From Octopus sinensis (Eukaryota), in the NCBI RefSeq assembly GCF_006345805.1, contig NC_043022.1:1736001-1800000 (forward strand): a stretch of 64,000 bases of DNA. Direction: 5' to 3'. A program made the position numbers and the translations under genes. Position 1 is the first letter of the stretch; every line of letters begins with the position of its first letter. Shown in pieces: positions 47,483 through 59,847 of the stretch. The notes under the pieces were generated by a model. That model was not told the origin of the DNA and did not search any database. It saw nothing but the letters and a program-made list of their open reading frames with translations.

Positions 47483-48676
47483 TACCATATTTTGCAGCAT
47501 TGTGGAAGACCACTCTGATTTTGGGAATGTAATTCTAAGAAAGAAAAATATTGTGTCTTGGGAGGGTCATTATGCCAATAATGACAACACATGCACTGGT
47601 TCAATTCCACTTCTTAATTGTTAGTCAGCTAGCTAAATATCTAACCAGCTAATTGTTTGTGAGCTAAAGTCCTTTCATTTGTTATTTGTGACTTTCTCAG
47701 ATTTTTGTTTTAAAGGAAGGGCACAATCAACCCTCAATTAATTCAACCCCAGCATTAGAAATTACGTTCCTGATAACCTCCGGCTAACCCTTCCCTTTGG
47801 ATTCATAATAGGGACCAGAAATTCTACCTTAACACCCAATGGGTCTTATTCAGAAGTGACTTGAATGGAAAGTTAAAGGAGAGGAACAAAAAAAAAAAAG
47901 GTACAATTCTGAGCAGGGCAGCAGGGTTGGATAACAAAGGAGGTGGAGGAGCAAGTGGGAGTGGGGCTGGGGTGGGGTGGGGGTAAAGTAGCCAGAGTTC
48001 CTCAGCTAGGAACTGTAGTTTATTATCAGCTGAAGTTCCTCCCTCGCCCACCACTACTGCCACCACCACCACCACCACCACCACCACTGCCATCATGGTC
48101 ACCACCCCTATCACCTCCACCCTCAAGAACAGATAATTTTAATTTTATTTTTTTCTTTCTGTTTTTCCTTCTGCAAAACAACATATGGAATAATTTCACA
48201 GACAGAAAGAACAGAACAGAACACACAAAGATGAGAAGATACCCACAGATATGGGTAAAATGTGGAGGGGGGAGGGCAAAAACAGGGGCTGGAGTGATAG
48301 GGGCTGAGGAGGAATGCGTGTGGTGGAGAGGGCATATTACTGATAGCATTGGGTAGGAAAGGTGATAAAGAGAATTATGCTGGGTGAAGATAGTAAATGG
48401 AAAAGGGGAAGGACCCTGTCAAGTAAGGGGTTTCTGTACTTATTATATTATTATATTGATCCCAGTGGAGTTTGAACTAAATAGGGAAGGGTAGAGGATG
48501 GTTTGTGTGTGTGTGTGTGTGGGGGGGGGGGGCGAGGAATCCCTTCAGGTTCACCTCAAAAACTTGTAATTAGTGTCATCTTCACTATTTAATAAGTTCA
48601 TTTGTGGATGCGTACACCTAAGCTACCGATGTGTATACAGACTCAACTATACATATGTTCATAAGGCGGAGAAATA

Positions 48677-48905
48677 AGGCGGCGAGCTGGCAGAAACGTT
48701 AGCACGCCGGGCGAAATGTGTAGCCGTATTTCGTCTGCCGTTACGTTCTGAGTTCAAATTCCGCCGAGGTCGAATTTGCCTTTCATCCTTTCGGGGTCGA
48801 TAAATTAAGTACCAGTTACGCACTGGGGTCGATGTAATCGACTTAATCCGTTTGTCTGTCCTTGTTTGTCCCTTCTGTGTTTAGCCCCTTGTGGGCAGTA
48901 AAGAA
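48677..48905 (+). mobile_element. SINE family A, full length, young-looking
   Basis: aaggcggcgagctggcagaaacgttagcacgccgggcgaaatg...gagttcaaattccgccgaggtcga...ccccttgtgggcagtaaagaaat. Confidence 0.92.
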
Positions 48906-48955
48906 ATATATACATATGTTCATACACAACTATATATAGTTGAAATACATTCGTG

Positions 48956-49339
48956 GCACTCCGTCGTCAGTTACGACGATGAGGGTTCCAGTTGGTCTGA
49001 TCAATGGAACAGCCAGCTCCTCGTGAAATTAACGTGCAAGTGGCTGAGCACTCCACAGACAAATGTACCCTTAATGTAGTTCCCGGGGTGGGGGGGAGAT
49101 TCAGTTTGTGACAAGGCTGGACCTTTGAAATACACGTACAACAGAAACAGTAAGAAAGAGTGAGAGAAAGTTGTGGCGAATGAGTACAGCAGGGATCGCA
49201 AACCAACCCCTGCCAAAGCCTCGAAGAGCTTTAGGTGTTTTCGCTCAATAAACACTCACAAAACGTGGTCTGGGAATCGAAACCGCAATCCTACGCCTGT
49301 GAGTCCACTGCACTAACCACTAGGCCATTGCGCTTCCAC
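48956..49339 (-). mobile_element. SINE family C1 (diverged); left member of an inverted pair
   Basis: Reverse complement of the C1 pattern. Confidence 0.85.
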
Positions 49340-49344
49340 CTGAA

Positions 49345-49380
<36 letters not shown>

Positions 49381-49413
49381 ATGTGTGTATGTGTGTGTGT
49401 TTGTGTGTGTGTT

Positions 49414-49444
<31 letters not shown>

Positions 49445-49829
49445 GTGGAGGCGCAATGGCCCAGTGGTTAGGGCAGCGGACTCGCAGTCATAGGATCGCG
49501 GTTTCGATTCCCAGACCGGGCGTTGTGAGTGTTTATTGAGCGAAAACACCTAAAAAGCTCCACGACGCTCTGGCAGGGGATGGTGGTGATCCCTGCTGTA
49601 CTCTTTCACCACAACTTTCTCTCACTCTTACTTCCTGTTTCTGTTGTACCTGTATTTCAAGGGGCCGGCCTTGTCACTCTGTGTCATGCTGAATATCCCC
49701 GAGAACTACGTTAAGGGTACACGTGTCTGTGGAGTGCTCAGCCACTTACACGTTAATTTCACGAGCAGGCTGTTCCATTGATTCGGATCAACCGGAACCC
49801 TCGTCGTCGTAACCGATGGAGTGCTTCCA
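49445..49829 (+). mobile_element. SINE family C1; right member of an inverted pair
   Basis: gtggaggcgcaatggcccagtggttagggcagcggac...ggagtgcttcca, in a (TA)n context. Confidence 0.92.
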
Positions 49830-49831
49830 AT

Positions 49832-49878
<47 letters not shown>

Positions 49879-50956
49879 CCTTTAAGCTCATTTTTGATAT
49901 ATATATATAAAATTATTTTCAGTATCTAAATGCTTTCACAAATAAAATTGCACTTCAGTTTTGAAGCTCTAACAAAACTCTAGGGTGACACGCAAACACC
50001 CAATCATGAGTGCATTCTATCTTATGGCAGAAACAGCTGTTAGCTAAAGAAGTTCATAACATAACTTCTCATTTCTTTGACATTAATTTCATATTGCGTT
50101 TTGTACTCAACTAACACTTTTTCCTGAAGCATATCCTTACTCTGTTCTGTCACTATGCCTAAGCAAAATTATATATATATATAAACTTGTAAGTGAAATG
50201 TAGAAAAGTACCCAAAGAGAAGGAACACTGAGCATCTATGTAACATCTTAATGTTACATAACTCTCATTTAGTGTGTCTTTTGAAACATATGTAGTTCAT
50301 AACTACCCACTCCATTCCCTTCACCCATAGATTTATTAGCGCATAATTAGCAGCTTCTGTTGCCATATATTGTTCATCTTATTGGAATTTCTATCTAATT
50401 CAATATGAGTTGAAGTGTATTGGAAACATTGATTAATAAGCTTATTGATCAGTTATAATCACCTACTTTGTGTTATCTATGCAAATCTTCTTTATGCCTG
50501 AGGCTAATCGACCGTTGAGCCACAATCATTTTGCATCTCGCTAATTCATTATTTATTATTAATTCAAATTCTGCTGAAGTCAGCTTTGATTTCATCCTTT
50601 CAAGGTTGATCAATTAAGTACCAGTTGAACACTGGGGTCGATATAATTGACTATCACAGTTTCAGGCCTTGTGCTAATAATAGAAAGGATTATCATTATT
50701 ATTGTTATTATCGTTAAGGCAGTGAGGTGGCAGAATCGTTAGCACGCTGGGAGAAATGCTGAGCAGATTTTCATCAGCTGCTACGTTCTGAGTTCAAATT
50801 CCGCCGAGGTTGACTTTGCCTTTCATCCTTTCTGGGTCAATAAATTAAGTACTGGTTGAGTACTGGGATCGATGTAATTGACGCATCCACTCCCAGAAAA
50901 TGGCTACCCTTGTGGCAAAATTTGAAACCATTATTATTATTATTATTATATATACA

Positions 50957-51365
50957 GGCGCAGGAGTGGCTGTGTGGTAAGTAGCTTGCTAACCAGCCAC
51001 ATGGTTCGGTGTTCAGTCCCACTGCGTGGCATTTTGGGCAAGTGTCTTCTGCTATAGCCCCGGGCCGACCAATGTCTAGTGAGTGGATTTGGTAGACGGA
51101 AACTGAAAAAAGCCTGTCGTATATATGTATATATATATGTATGTGTGTGTGTGTTTGTGTGTCTGTGTTTGTCCCCCTAGCATTGCTTGACAACCGATGC
51201 TGGTGTGTTTACGTCCCCGTCACTTAGCGGTTCGGCAAAAGAGACCGATAGAATAAGTACTGGGCTTACAAAGAATAAGTCCTGGGGTCGATTTGCTCGA
51301 CTAAAGGCGGTGCTCCAGCATGGCCGCAGTCAAATGACTGAAACAAGTAAAAGAGTAAAAGAGAG
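50957..51365 (+). mobile_element. SINE family B, full length
   Basis: A box TGGCTGTGTGG, B-box-like GTTCAGTCCC, CORE-like ttgggcaagtgtctt, internal microsatellite, (agtaaaag)n tail. Confidence 0.92.
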
Positions 51366-51768
51366 AGTATACATATGGTAAAATCTGGCACAGAAAGCTT
51401 ACACACACACACATACATACAATTAAAGACACAGGCATGCACATCTAACTATAGACACACACACACACACACGTGCATATAGCTACAGACACACCAATGC
51501 ATGCATATGACTACAATCACACACATACATATACAATTAAAGACACACGCACGCATACACTTTAACAAATATTATCCCTTAGCCATCCTACTTCTTCTGT
51601 TGCTGATTCTACAAGGTTCCTAGGGGACAAGACAAGATATCTGAACAATGTAAGCAGGCTCCCTAAGATGGGGGGGGAGGATGAGTGGGGCAGGAGGCAT
51701 GATGATGGTAGAGATGTGAGATATGATTAAGGGCAGCTGGCGATGGGGGTGGTGGTGGTGGTGAAGTC

Positions 51769-51842
<74 letters not shown>

Positions 51843-51904
51843 GATAACTAGGGTGAACTGGCTTGAAAGTAATTTTGGTAGGGTTTATCTCATGTGGAAA
51901 ATAG

Positions 51905-52060
51905 AGAAGATATATAGATAGATAAAGAGATGGATGGATAGATAGATAGATAGAGAGAGAGAGGGAGAGAGAGAGAGAGAGATGGATGGATAGATAGATA
52001 GATAGAGTGATGGATAGTTATATAAATAGATAGAAAGATGTATATGTATATAAAGATAGG

Positions 52061-52113
<53 letters not shown>

Positions 52114-52353
52114 GGATGGATGGATGGATAGATAGGTAGATAGATAGATATGCTGATCAATAAAGGAATAAATATAAATAACCAGATAAATTAATGGATA
52201 TGTGTGTGTGTGTGTGTATAGGTAGGTAGATAGATAGATTGATAGATAGACACAGACAGATAGATAGGTAGACAGATAGATGATAGATATATAGATAGAT
52301 AGATTGACAGACAGACAGATAGATAGATAGGTAGACAGATAGACAGACAGATG

Positions 52354-52388
<35 letters not shown>

Positions 52389-52435
52389 CGACAGACAGAC
52401 AGACAGATAGCTAGATAGATAGATAGATAGATAAT
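51905..52435. repeat. (GATA)n/(GACA)n/(GATG)n compound microsatellite
   Basis: Direct inspection. Confidence 0.92.
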
Positions 52436-52689
52436 TGGATTCATGGCTAGAAAGAGAAATAAACAATTTGTTCCCTAAGGGAATGGTATGAAAGTGAAGA
52501 ATGAAGTTTGGTATGAGTGTGTAGTGGGGAAGGGGACGGGTGAAGTTAAAGGTAGGAAAGAGATTGGTGTTGGTGTGGGAGGTGGAGGTGGTGGTAATTG
52601 GAATATTGCTGATGGAATGGTAAAAGGGAGATGGGGAGGAGGAGGAGAAAGAAGAAGAAGAAGAAAGGGAAGGAAATGGAGATGAAGAA

Positions 52690-53150
52690 GACGTGAATGA
52701 AAAAGAAGAAAAAAAAGGGGGAAGAAGAAGAAAGAAATGAAGTTGTAGAAGAAGAAGAAGTAGAAGACGAAGAAGAAAAGTGAAAAGAGAGAGAGGGAAA
52801 AGGGGAGAGAGAGAGGGAAAGGGGGAAAGAGAGAGAGGGAAAAGGGGAGAGAGAGAGGGAAAGGGGAGAGAGAGAGGAAAGGGGGAAAGAGAGAGAGGGA
52901 AAGGGGGAAAGAGAGAGAGGAGAGAGAGAGGGAAATGGGGAGAGAGAAAGAGGGAAAAGGGGAGAGAGAGAGGGAAAGGGGGAAAGAGAGAGAGAGGGAA
53001 AAGGGGAGAGAGAGAGAGGGAAAAGGGGAGAGAGAGAGAGAGGGAAAAGGGGAGAGAGAGGGAGGGGAAAAGGGAGAGAAAGAGAGGGAAAGGAGAGAGA
53101 GAGAGAGAGGGAAAGGGGAGAGAGAGAGAGTGGGAAAAGGGGAGAGAGAT
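52690..53150. repeat. Polypurine (GA/GGGAAA) tract
   Basis: Almost pure A/G; source of the Arg/Glu/Gly/Lys ORFs. Confidence 0.9.
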
Positions 53151-53586
53151 GAAAGGGTTTCTGCAGGAGCTCCTAAGACTTTAAAGTTTGTAATGTTCAG
53201 AAAAAAAAAAAAGAAAGAAGTCTATCTAGGTTAATGTAAATAAATAAATGTGTAAGAGATGTATGAAGAAGGGTGAGGTATGGGGTGGGGGTTGAATAAG
53301 AAAGAAAGGGAAGGGTCTTGGATGGCGGGGGTGGGGTAGGTTAGAAGTACTTAAAAGGGAAATTCTTGTGATCCTAGATCCTGATGCAGATCATAAAGCT
53401 CTATAAAGGGATGAGAGAGAAATAGAAAAAGATGGGGATTTTTGTGTTGCGATGAGAGATAATATCCCCAAGGCTAGAGAGCACGACACTCGTGTTGGTA
53501 ACTTACCAATACTTAACTTATTTTTGACTAGATTCTATCTCAAATCACGGAATTCCATAAAGGGGAGGTGGGATAATGTTTGACTC

Positions 53587-53623
<37 letters not shown>

Positions 53624-53806
53624 ATAAATAGGTAGGGGTTGTTCTGTGATGATAAGCAAATGAGAGAAGAACCTTCCCATGGCTAGGCTACCAGACTATT
53701 CTTGGTAACTTACCAGTATCTATCACTTATAAGTCAGGGGCTGGATTACGACCCATAGAGGCTCCTCCAAGCACTTGAAACATTTTGGTGCCCCCATATA
53801 TATATA

Positions 53807-54197
53807 CTAGCAGTATCGCCTGGCGTTGCTTGGGTTTGTAAGGGAAATAACTATATAAGCATTTTTAGTGAGTTATAGCAAAAAAAATGCATTAAAAATG
53901 GAATAAAAAATGATGGTAATTTTTTTTTTTTAAATCGTTGACTCATCGTAGACATTTTTAGAGAGTTACTTCCCTTATATAATAGCGAAAAAATGCATTA
54001 AAATGGAAAAAAATTATGGTAAATTTTTTTTTAAATCGTAGACTCATCGTAGACGCGCACTAATACCCAGAAGGGCTCGATATGAATCACGACTATAAGA
54101 TACCCGGCTTTGGTTAAACTGCACCGCAAAATGTGGGAGTAGTTAGGAATCTAAATCGTAGGAGACAGACACACAACTTCACTTTTATATATAAAGA
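53807..54197 (-). mobile_element. Non-autonomous Helitron, internal type 2, with an internal duplication
   Basis: 5' TC(tttatatataaaagtgaag), 3' hairpin plus CTAG, A|T target; block gagttat...aaatcgt(t/a)gactcatcgtagac occurs twice. Confidence 0.8.
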
Positions 54198-54269
54198 TAT
54201 ATAATGCAAAATATAAACAAACTATAAAATCAATGTTTATTTTTGTATATTTCCCTTTTATTTATATTT

Positions 54270-54896
54270 GAAAAGTTTTCTCCAATTTTTTTTGTTAATT
54301 GCAAATTCTTTGATCGGATCCCTAAAATTAATCTCATGTAACACACCTGCTTCTATACTCAGTAGAGATAAAGGCGTCCAGCCTGCCTTGTTGCAGAGGT
54401 GTTCTGATGGGATTTTTAATATACTTCAACCGAAGGCGGTGAACTGGTAGAATCGTTAGCACATTGGGCGAAATGCTTAGCAGTATTTCATCTGCCACTA
54501 CGTTCTGAGTTCAAATTCTGCTGAGGTCGACTTTGTCTTTCATCCTTTCGGGGTCGATTAAATAAGTACCAGTTACACACTGGGGTCGATGTAATCGACT
54601 TAATCCATTTGTCTGTCCTTGTTTGTCCCTTCTGTGTTTAGCCCCTTGTAGGTAGTAAAGAAATAGGTATTTCGCCTGTTTTTATGTTCTGAGTTCAAAT
54701 TTTGCCGAGGTTGACTTTGCCTTTCATCCTTTCGGGGACGATAAAATAAGTACCAGTTGTGTACTGGGGTCGATCTAATCAACTGGCACTTACCCCCAAA
54801 ATTTTGGGCCTTGTGCCTAGAGCAGTAAAGAATATACCTCAACTGAGAAAATGGATGCTCAGCCGAGCAATTTGTGACCCTTAATGTTAAAAACAC
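54270..54896 (-). pseudogene. hAT transposase C-terminal dimerization-domain relic, interrupted by a SINE dimer
   Basis: FLTLRVTNCSAEHPFSQL | LKYIKNPIRTPLQQGRLD..LSLLSIEAGVLHEINFRDPIKEFA; second partial copy at 54942-55068 (LSLLSIEADVFPKINFKDLIKEFAIK). Confidence 0.75.
54431..54830 (+). mobile_element. SINE family A dimer (tail A1 then tail A2)
   Basis: Junction gaaataggtatttcg; a single TSD aatatac(t/c)tcaac (54418-54430 / 54831-54843) flanks the whole dimer. Confidence 0.85.
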
Positions 54897-55422
54897 ACAA
54901 AAGGCAATGTCTACATTGAGAAAGGCAAACTCAATAAGGTTTATAGTTCCCCTTCATTTATATTTGAAAAGTTTTCCCCTATTTTGTTTAATTGCAAATT
55001 CTTTGATCAGATCCTTAAAATTAATCTTAGGGAACACATCTGCTTCTATACTTAACAGAGATAAAGGCATCCTGAATATTATTTTAACAAGTTTAAAGTG
55101 ATTTTGTTTTGTGCTGTAAGCCATTTACCATTTCTCTAGTGTCTTTCCTTTCCCTTGATGCCCTGAGCACAGGTTTATTTTGCTTAATGGTTAATCCAGC
55201 ATTATCTATTTCATCACTTAAGTACCTGGCAGTTAGGTGAACTGAGAGAACGTAAAGATCATGTATTCTGTTCTAGAAACTCAATGAAAGATTAACTATT
55301 GACTTCTCCACTGGGGGCTGCATAAATATCAGGTTTCCAATTCTTTTGGTTGCGCTAGTGTGGTTGAAAGATGTGACATGCCACCAGCATAGCTGTTGGG
55401 GTTGCCAGAGCTGGTAGTGAAG

Positions 55423-55659
55423 AAGAAGGCTGCGAGCTGGCAGAAGTGTTAGCTTGCCGGGTGAAATGCTTTGCGGTATTTCGTCTGTCTTTACGTTCTG
55501 AGTTCAAATTCTGCCGAGGTCAACTTTGCCTTTCATCCTTTTAGAGTCAATAAATTAAGTACCAGTTATGCTCTGGGGTCGATCTAATCGACTTTAATCC
55601 CTTTGTCTGTCCTTGTTTGTCTTCTCTATGTTTAGCCCCTTGTGGGCAATAAAGAAATA
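55423..55659 (+). mobile_element. SINE family A, full length
   Basis: TSD agagctgg(t/c)agtgaag (55407-55422 / 55660-55675). Confidence 0.88.
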
Positions 55660-56111
55660 AGAGCTGGCAGTGAAGGTGGAATTACTATGCAGTCTTTCTT
55701 AATCCATAATACAAAGTCTTAAAAAGACAAAGACACATTGGAAATGATAATCCTTGGAATTTCCAAAGATGGAGTTGGATGCAACTGGGGCTGGAATACT
55801 GAGTCAGTCGTCACCAGGGAGTGGGGTGAGATGGGGGCTGAACAGCAATATTAACAATCTTCAGGATTTTTACTTAGAATTTTCTTCAAGTCTTATATCT
55901 CATACCTTTTACTTGCGTCAGTCATTAGGCTGTGGCCATGCTGGGGCACCAGCTTGAAGAGGTTTTAGTGCAATGAATTGACCCCACCCTAGGACCTACT
56001 TTTTTAAGCCTGATACTTATTCTATCTGTCTCTTTTGCTGAACTGCTAAAGTTACAAGGATGTAAACACACCAACACCGGTTGTCAAGTGATGGTAAGGG
56101 GACATACACAC

Positions 56112-56169
<58 letters not shown>

Positions 56170-56174
<5 letters not shown>

Positions 56175-56490
56175 TCGCGGCGATTTGATTCGATTCGTTT
56201 CGTTTCGTTTCTTCTTCTCCAAGTACAGTTTTTATATATAATTATGACGCGAAACTCTACAACTCTTTGCTTGACCTTCCCTTTTTTCCTATCTCTCTCT
56301 CTCACTCCTTCTCATCTCTCTCACAGTCGCTTGTCTTCCTCTATCTCTCTCTCTCTCTCACTCCTCCTCATCTCTCTCACAGCCGGCCGACTACTTCCTT
56401 TCGCCTGCGGCCTCCTAACTGTAAACACACGGTTTTTCTTGCGCTCTTTGAATCTCTCCTCCTTGTCTAGGCCAAAAAAGGCCCTCTTTG
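56170..56490. promoter_or_regulatory. Small CpG-rich, promoter-like island
   Basis: gcctcgcggcg, gccggccgactacttcc, cgcctgcggcc, gcgc within otherwise CpG-poor DNA. Confidence 0.3.
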
Positions 56491-56899
56491 TTTGTTTTCT
56501 TGTTTGTTTTTATTTCTTGTATTGTATTTTTTGTAATTGTATTTTCCCATGAAAAATTTGACACCACTGACCAAATGATTGCAGAAAACGCACACACACA
56601 TGGCAGGCTTCTTTCAGTTTCCATCTACCAAATCCACTGCATCATTTTCTCTAAATATGTTCCGACAGATTTGGATGCGAGTATCTGATTACTGTTGTTC
56701 TCCAATGACAAGAAACAAGAGCAATGAGATATTCGAATCTACCACAATGTGTTCAACCCTTTAATTGCAGAAATCAGATACATCCACTCAAAACCTCATT
56801 ACTCTTAATTGTTTTATATACCAATCTATCTTTTGTCTGGGAGTGTCATGTTTGAAACTATTTTTATCTTGTTGAGAGGCACAGGTGTGGTGGTGGTGG

Positions 56900-57190
56900 T
56901 CGTCGTCATCATCATCATCATCGTTTAACATCTGTTTTCCATGCTGGCATGGGTTGGACGGTTCAACTGGGATCTGGGAAGCCAGGAGGCTGCACCAGGC
57001 TCCAGTCTGATCTGGCAATGTTTCTACAGCTGGATGCCCTTCCTAACGCCAACCACTCCGTGAGTGTAGTGGGTGCTTTTTATGTGCCAGGCGAGGCTGG
57101 CAATGGCCACGATTGGTTGGTGCTTTTTACGTGCCACCAGCACGGAGGCCAGTCAAGGCGGTGCTGGCATTGGACGGTGCTTTTTACGTG
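56900..57190 (-). mobile_element. RTE-type LINE 3' end fragment
   Basis: (atc)n, then ccatgctggcatgggttggacggttcaactggg...aaccactccgtgagtgtagtggg. Confidence 0.85.
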
Positions 57191-57235
57191 GTATGAAATT
57201 TAATTTTGCAGGTAAAAAATGGGTAAAAAGGTTAA

Positions 57236-57539
57236 AGGCCCCTCTTTGGTCATGTGTGACCATGGGGTTGCACCTACAAAGTTCCCTCTGAGGCACAAAT
57301 CCAAGCAAGGTTGTCTATAGAAGACCAACAGTCACCCATGCATACCAGCTTCTCCTCCCCTTTCCACACCACTGATGTTATCCAAGAGAAAAGCAAAGGG
57401 GCCGATATAGCTTGGCACCAGTGATGTTGCAATCATTTCTGCAGCTGAGTGAAAGGGAGCAATGTGAAATATAGCGTCTTGCTCAAGACCACAGCATGCA
57501 GCCCGGAGCCCGATGCTCTAACCACTGAGCCATGCACCT
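57236..57539 (-). mobile_element. SINE family D: C2-like tRNA head with a different tail
   Basis: Minus head ggtgcatggctcagtggttagagcatcggg...ttgagcaagacgctatatttcacattgctccc; tail unlike C1/C2. Confidence 0.65.
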
Positions 57540-57559
57540 TTAAAGGGTTAAAATTAGTT

Positions 57560-57750
57560 AATTCTGTTTGTCTGTCTGTGTGTGTGTGTCTTCTAGGATC
57601 TCGGGCATCCTCCATCCGATTGCGCTCAAATTTGATATGTAGATACCGATGGTATCAGGGCGTGTATAAGTCTTGAAAGAAATTACAAAAATTGATTCCA
57701 GGTGAGAATGCGATCGATAAAGCCATGGGAACGTGCATTTGTAAAATCAT
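57560..57750 (+). mobile_element. Helentron/DINE-1-like non-autonomous fragment
   Basis: (gtct)n followed by gatctcgggcatcctccatccgattgcgctcaaatttgatatgtag, a pattern I associate with HINE elements. Confidence 0.45.
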
Positions 57751-58066
57751 TTTTCTTTGGAATAAAAAAAAAAGTCTATCTTTATTTCTTCTTTTGCTGG
57801 TGTCTCAAATTTAGGTTAAACCAGTGTTTCTCAAAGGGGAGGCCTATGGGACGGTCGAACAAGTTGTTTTGAGAAAATTTGGTTTAAATGTTTGACAACT
57901 CAGCACCGTCCATTGGGGGGGGACGGCGTTTTGCTCATTACTGTATAAAGAGAACAAGCATAACCATCTTCATCATTTTTGCTATCATTGGTTGATCCCT
58001 TTACTGCAGAAATTAGATATAATCCAATCAAAACTTCATCATCCTACACTGTGGAAAACAGTTTTA

Positions 58067-58730
58067 TAATAATAATAATAATAATAATAATGAAATTATT
58101 GTATACAGTGCTCAGGTGCACCACAACTTGTCAGAAAGTGCATATAAAGCATATGCAGTAATGTATAAATGTCTGGAAAGTGAACAGTGTATGTGTCAGA
58201 TACATACTTGCGTGTGTATGGAGGGGAGAAAATCAGGTGTAGTGTTGGCGAATCTCAGGAAGCATGGAAGTTTTGAAGGATGCAGTGCTCCGACAACTAA
58301 CAACTGATGCCGGCAGTTTGTTCCATGCTTCAGCAACTCTCAGCGTGAAAAAATGTTTCCTGAAGTCATGGGAGCTGTGCTGTTTTCTGACTTGTAAACA
58401 TGTCCAGGGTGTTAGACAGACGGACTCAGGAAGCATGGAAGTTTTGAAGGATGCAGTGCTCCGACAACTAACAACTGATGCCGGCAGTTTGTTCCATGCT
58501 TCAGCAACTCTCAGCGTGAAAAAATGTTTCCTGAAGTCATGGGAGCTGTGCTGTTTTCTGACTTTGTAAACATGTCCATGGGTGTTAGACAGACGGACTC
58601 AGGAAGCATGGAAGTTTTGAAGGATGCAGTGCTCCGACAACTAACAACCGATGCCGGCAGTTTGTTCCATGCTTCAGCAACTCTCAGCGTGAAAAAAATG
58701 TTTCCTGAAGTCATGGGAGCTATGCTGTAG
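58067..58730 (-). mobile_element. CR1-type LINE 3' end with the last ORF2 segment repeated in tandem about 2.8 times
   Basis: Units start at 58254, 58425 and 58598 (171 and 173 bp); minus translation SNTHGHVYKVRKQHSSHDFRKHFFTLRVAEAWNKLPASVVSCRSTASFKTSMLPE; (TTA)n tail at 58067-58091. Confidence 0.85.
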
Positions 58731-59425
58731 CAGCTAAGCCAGGTTTCACCCGGTCAGTTTGGATGATGTGGCTGTAGAACCTGCTCTGTGTAAGCATTTG
58801 ACTTGTTTGGGTACGCTTACGTTAAAAAACAATTTTAGAATGAATTTTTTCTGTCAAAACACTAAAAATAACTGACCAACAACAACTAAATAAAAAACCA
58901 AGATTCAACCAGATCAAAAAATAAACCCAAACACTAAACGAATAAAGATGAAACATCACACTTTCATTGCACACGCACACAGACATTCGCATACCACCTT
59001 TACATACACACACTCACACAGAGTTGAAATACTGTTTGATTTATTTTTTCAGCGTACAGTTTTCATCATCCCACTACCAAGTATGACTTCACCTCTTTCT
59101 TTCTCATTCATAAACACAAGAGTATTATTATAGTAGATTATCTTGGTAACACGGGAGCTATGAAAAAAAAATACAAGGCCCAGCATCCCCACCGGATCAT
59201 TCTATACATCTGAGTAATTTTTCACGCAATTCCACCCAGCCTTTTGACCATGAATCCCAAGACAAGAAAGAATCGCCCATGTTAAATTCATATGTATAGA
59301 TTTATCTTTTGTTGAAGAATATCATATTTGAAACTATTTTTTTTTTTGTTGGGATATGTCAAGTTTTATTGAGAGATTGTGACTTGCAGGAAACACCAAT
59401 TCTGTTTTTTGGTAAGATATTTATC

Positions 59426-59847
59426 TTTTTTCTTTTCTTTACTATCCACAAGGGGCTAAACACAGAGAGGACAAACAAGGACAGACAAACGGATTAAATC
59501 GATTACATCGACCCCAGTGCGTAACTGGTACTTAATTTATCGACCCCGAAAGGATGAAAGGCAAAGTCGACCTCGGCGGAATTTGAACTCACAACGTAAC
59601 GGCAGACGAAATACCTATTTCTTTACTACCCACAAGGGGCTAAACACAGAGAGGACAAACAAGGACAGACAAATGGATTAAATCGATTACATCGACCCCA
59701 GTGCGTAACTGGTACTTAATTTATTGACCCCGAGAGGACAAAAGACAAATTCGACCTCGGCGGAATTTGAACTCAGAACGTAGAGGCAGACGAAATACGG
59801 CTACGCATTTCGGCCGGCGTGCTAACGTTTCTGCCAGCTCGCCGCCT
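59426..59847 (-). mobile_element. SINE family A tandem dimer, full head
   Basis: Same junction as at 18615; a single TSD ttggtaagatatttatc (59409-59425 / 59848-59864). Confidence 0.9.

Noticed and set aside
48677-48770. tRNA genes at the SINE heads
   Set aside because: A/B boxes are present but there is no complete cloverleaf, and all continue into SINE bodies with tails and TSDs.
52780-53234. Arg/Glu/Gly/Lys-rich ORFs
   Set aside because: Polypurine repeat translation.
58264-58730. Plus-strand repeated ORFs (MEVLKDAVLRQ...)
   Set aside because: Antisense of the triplicated CR1 ORF2 end.
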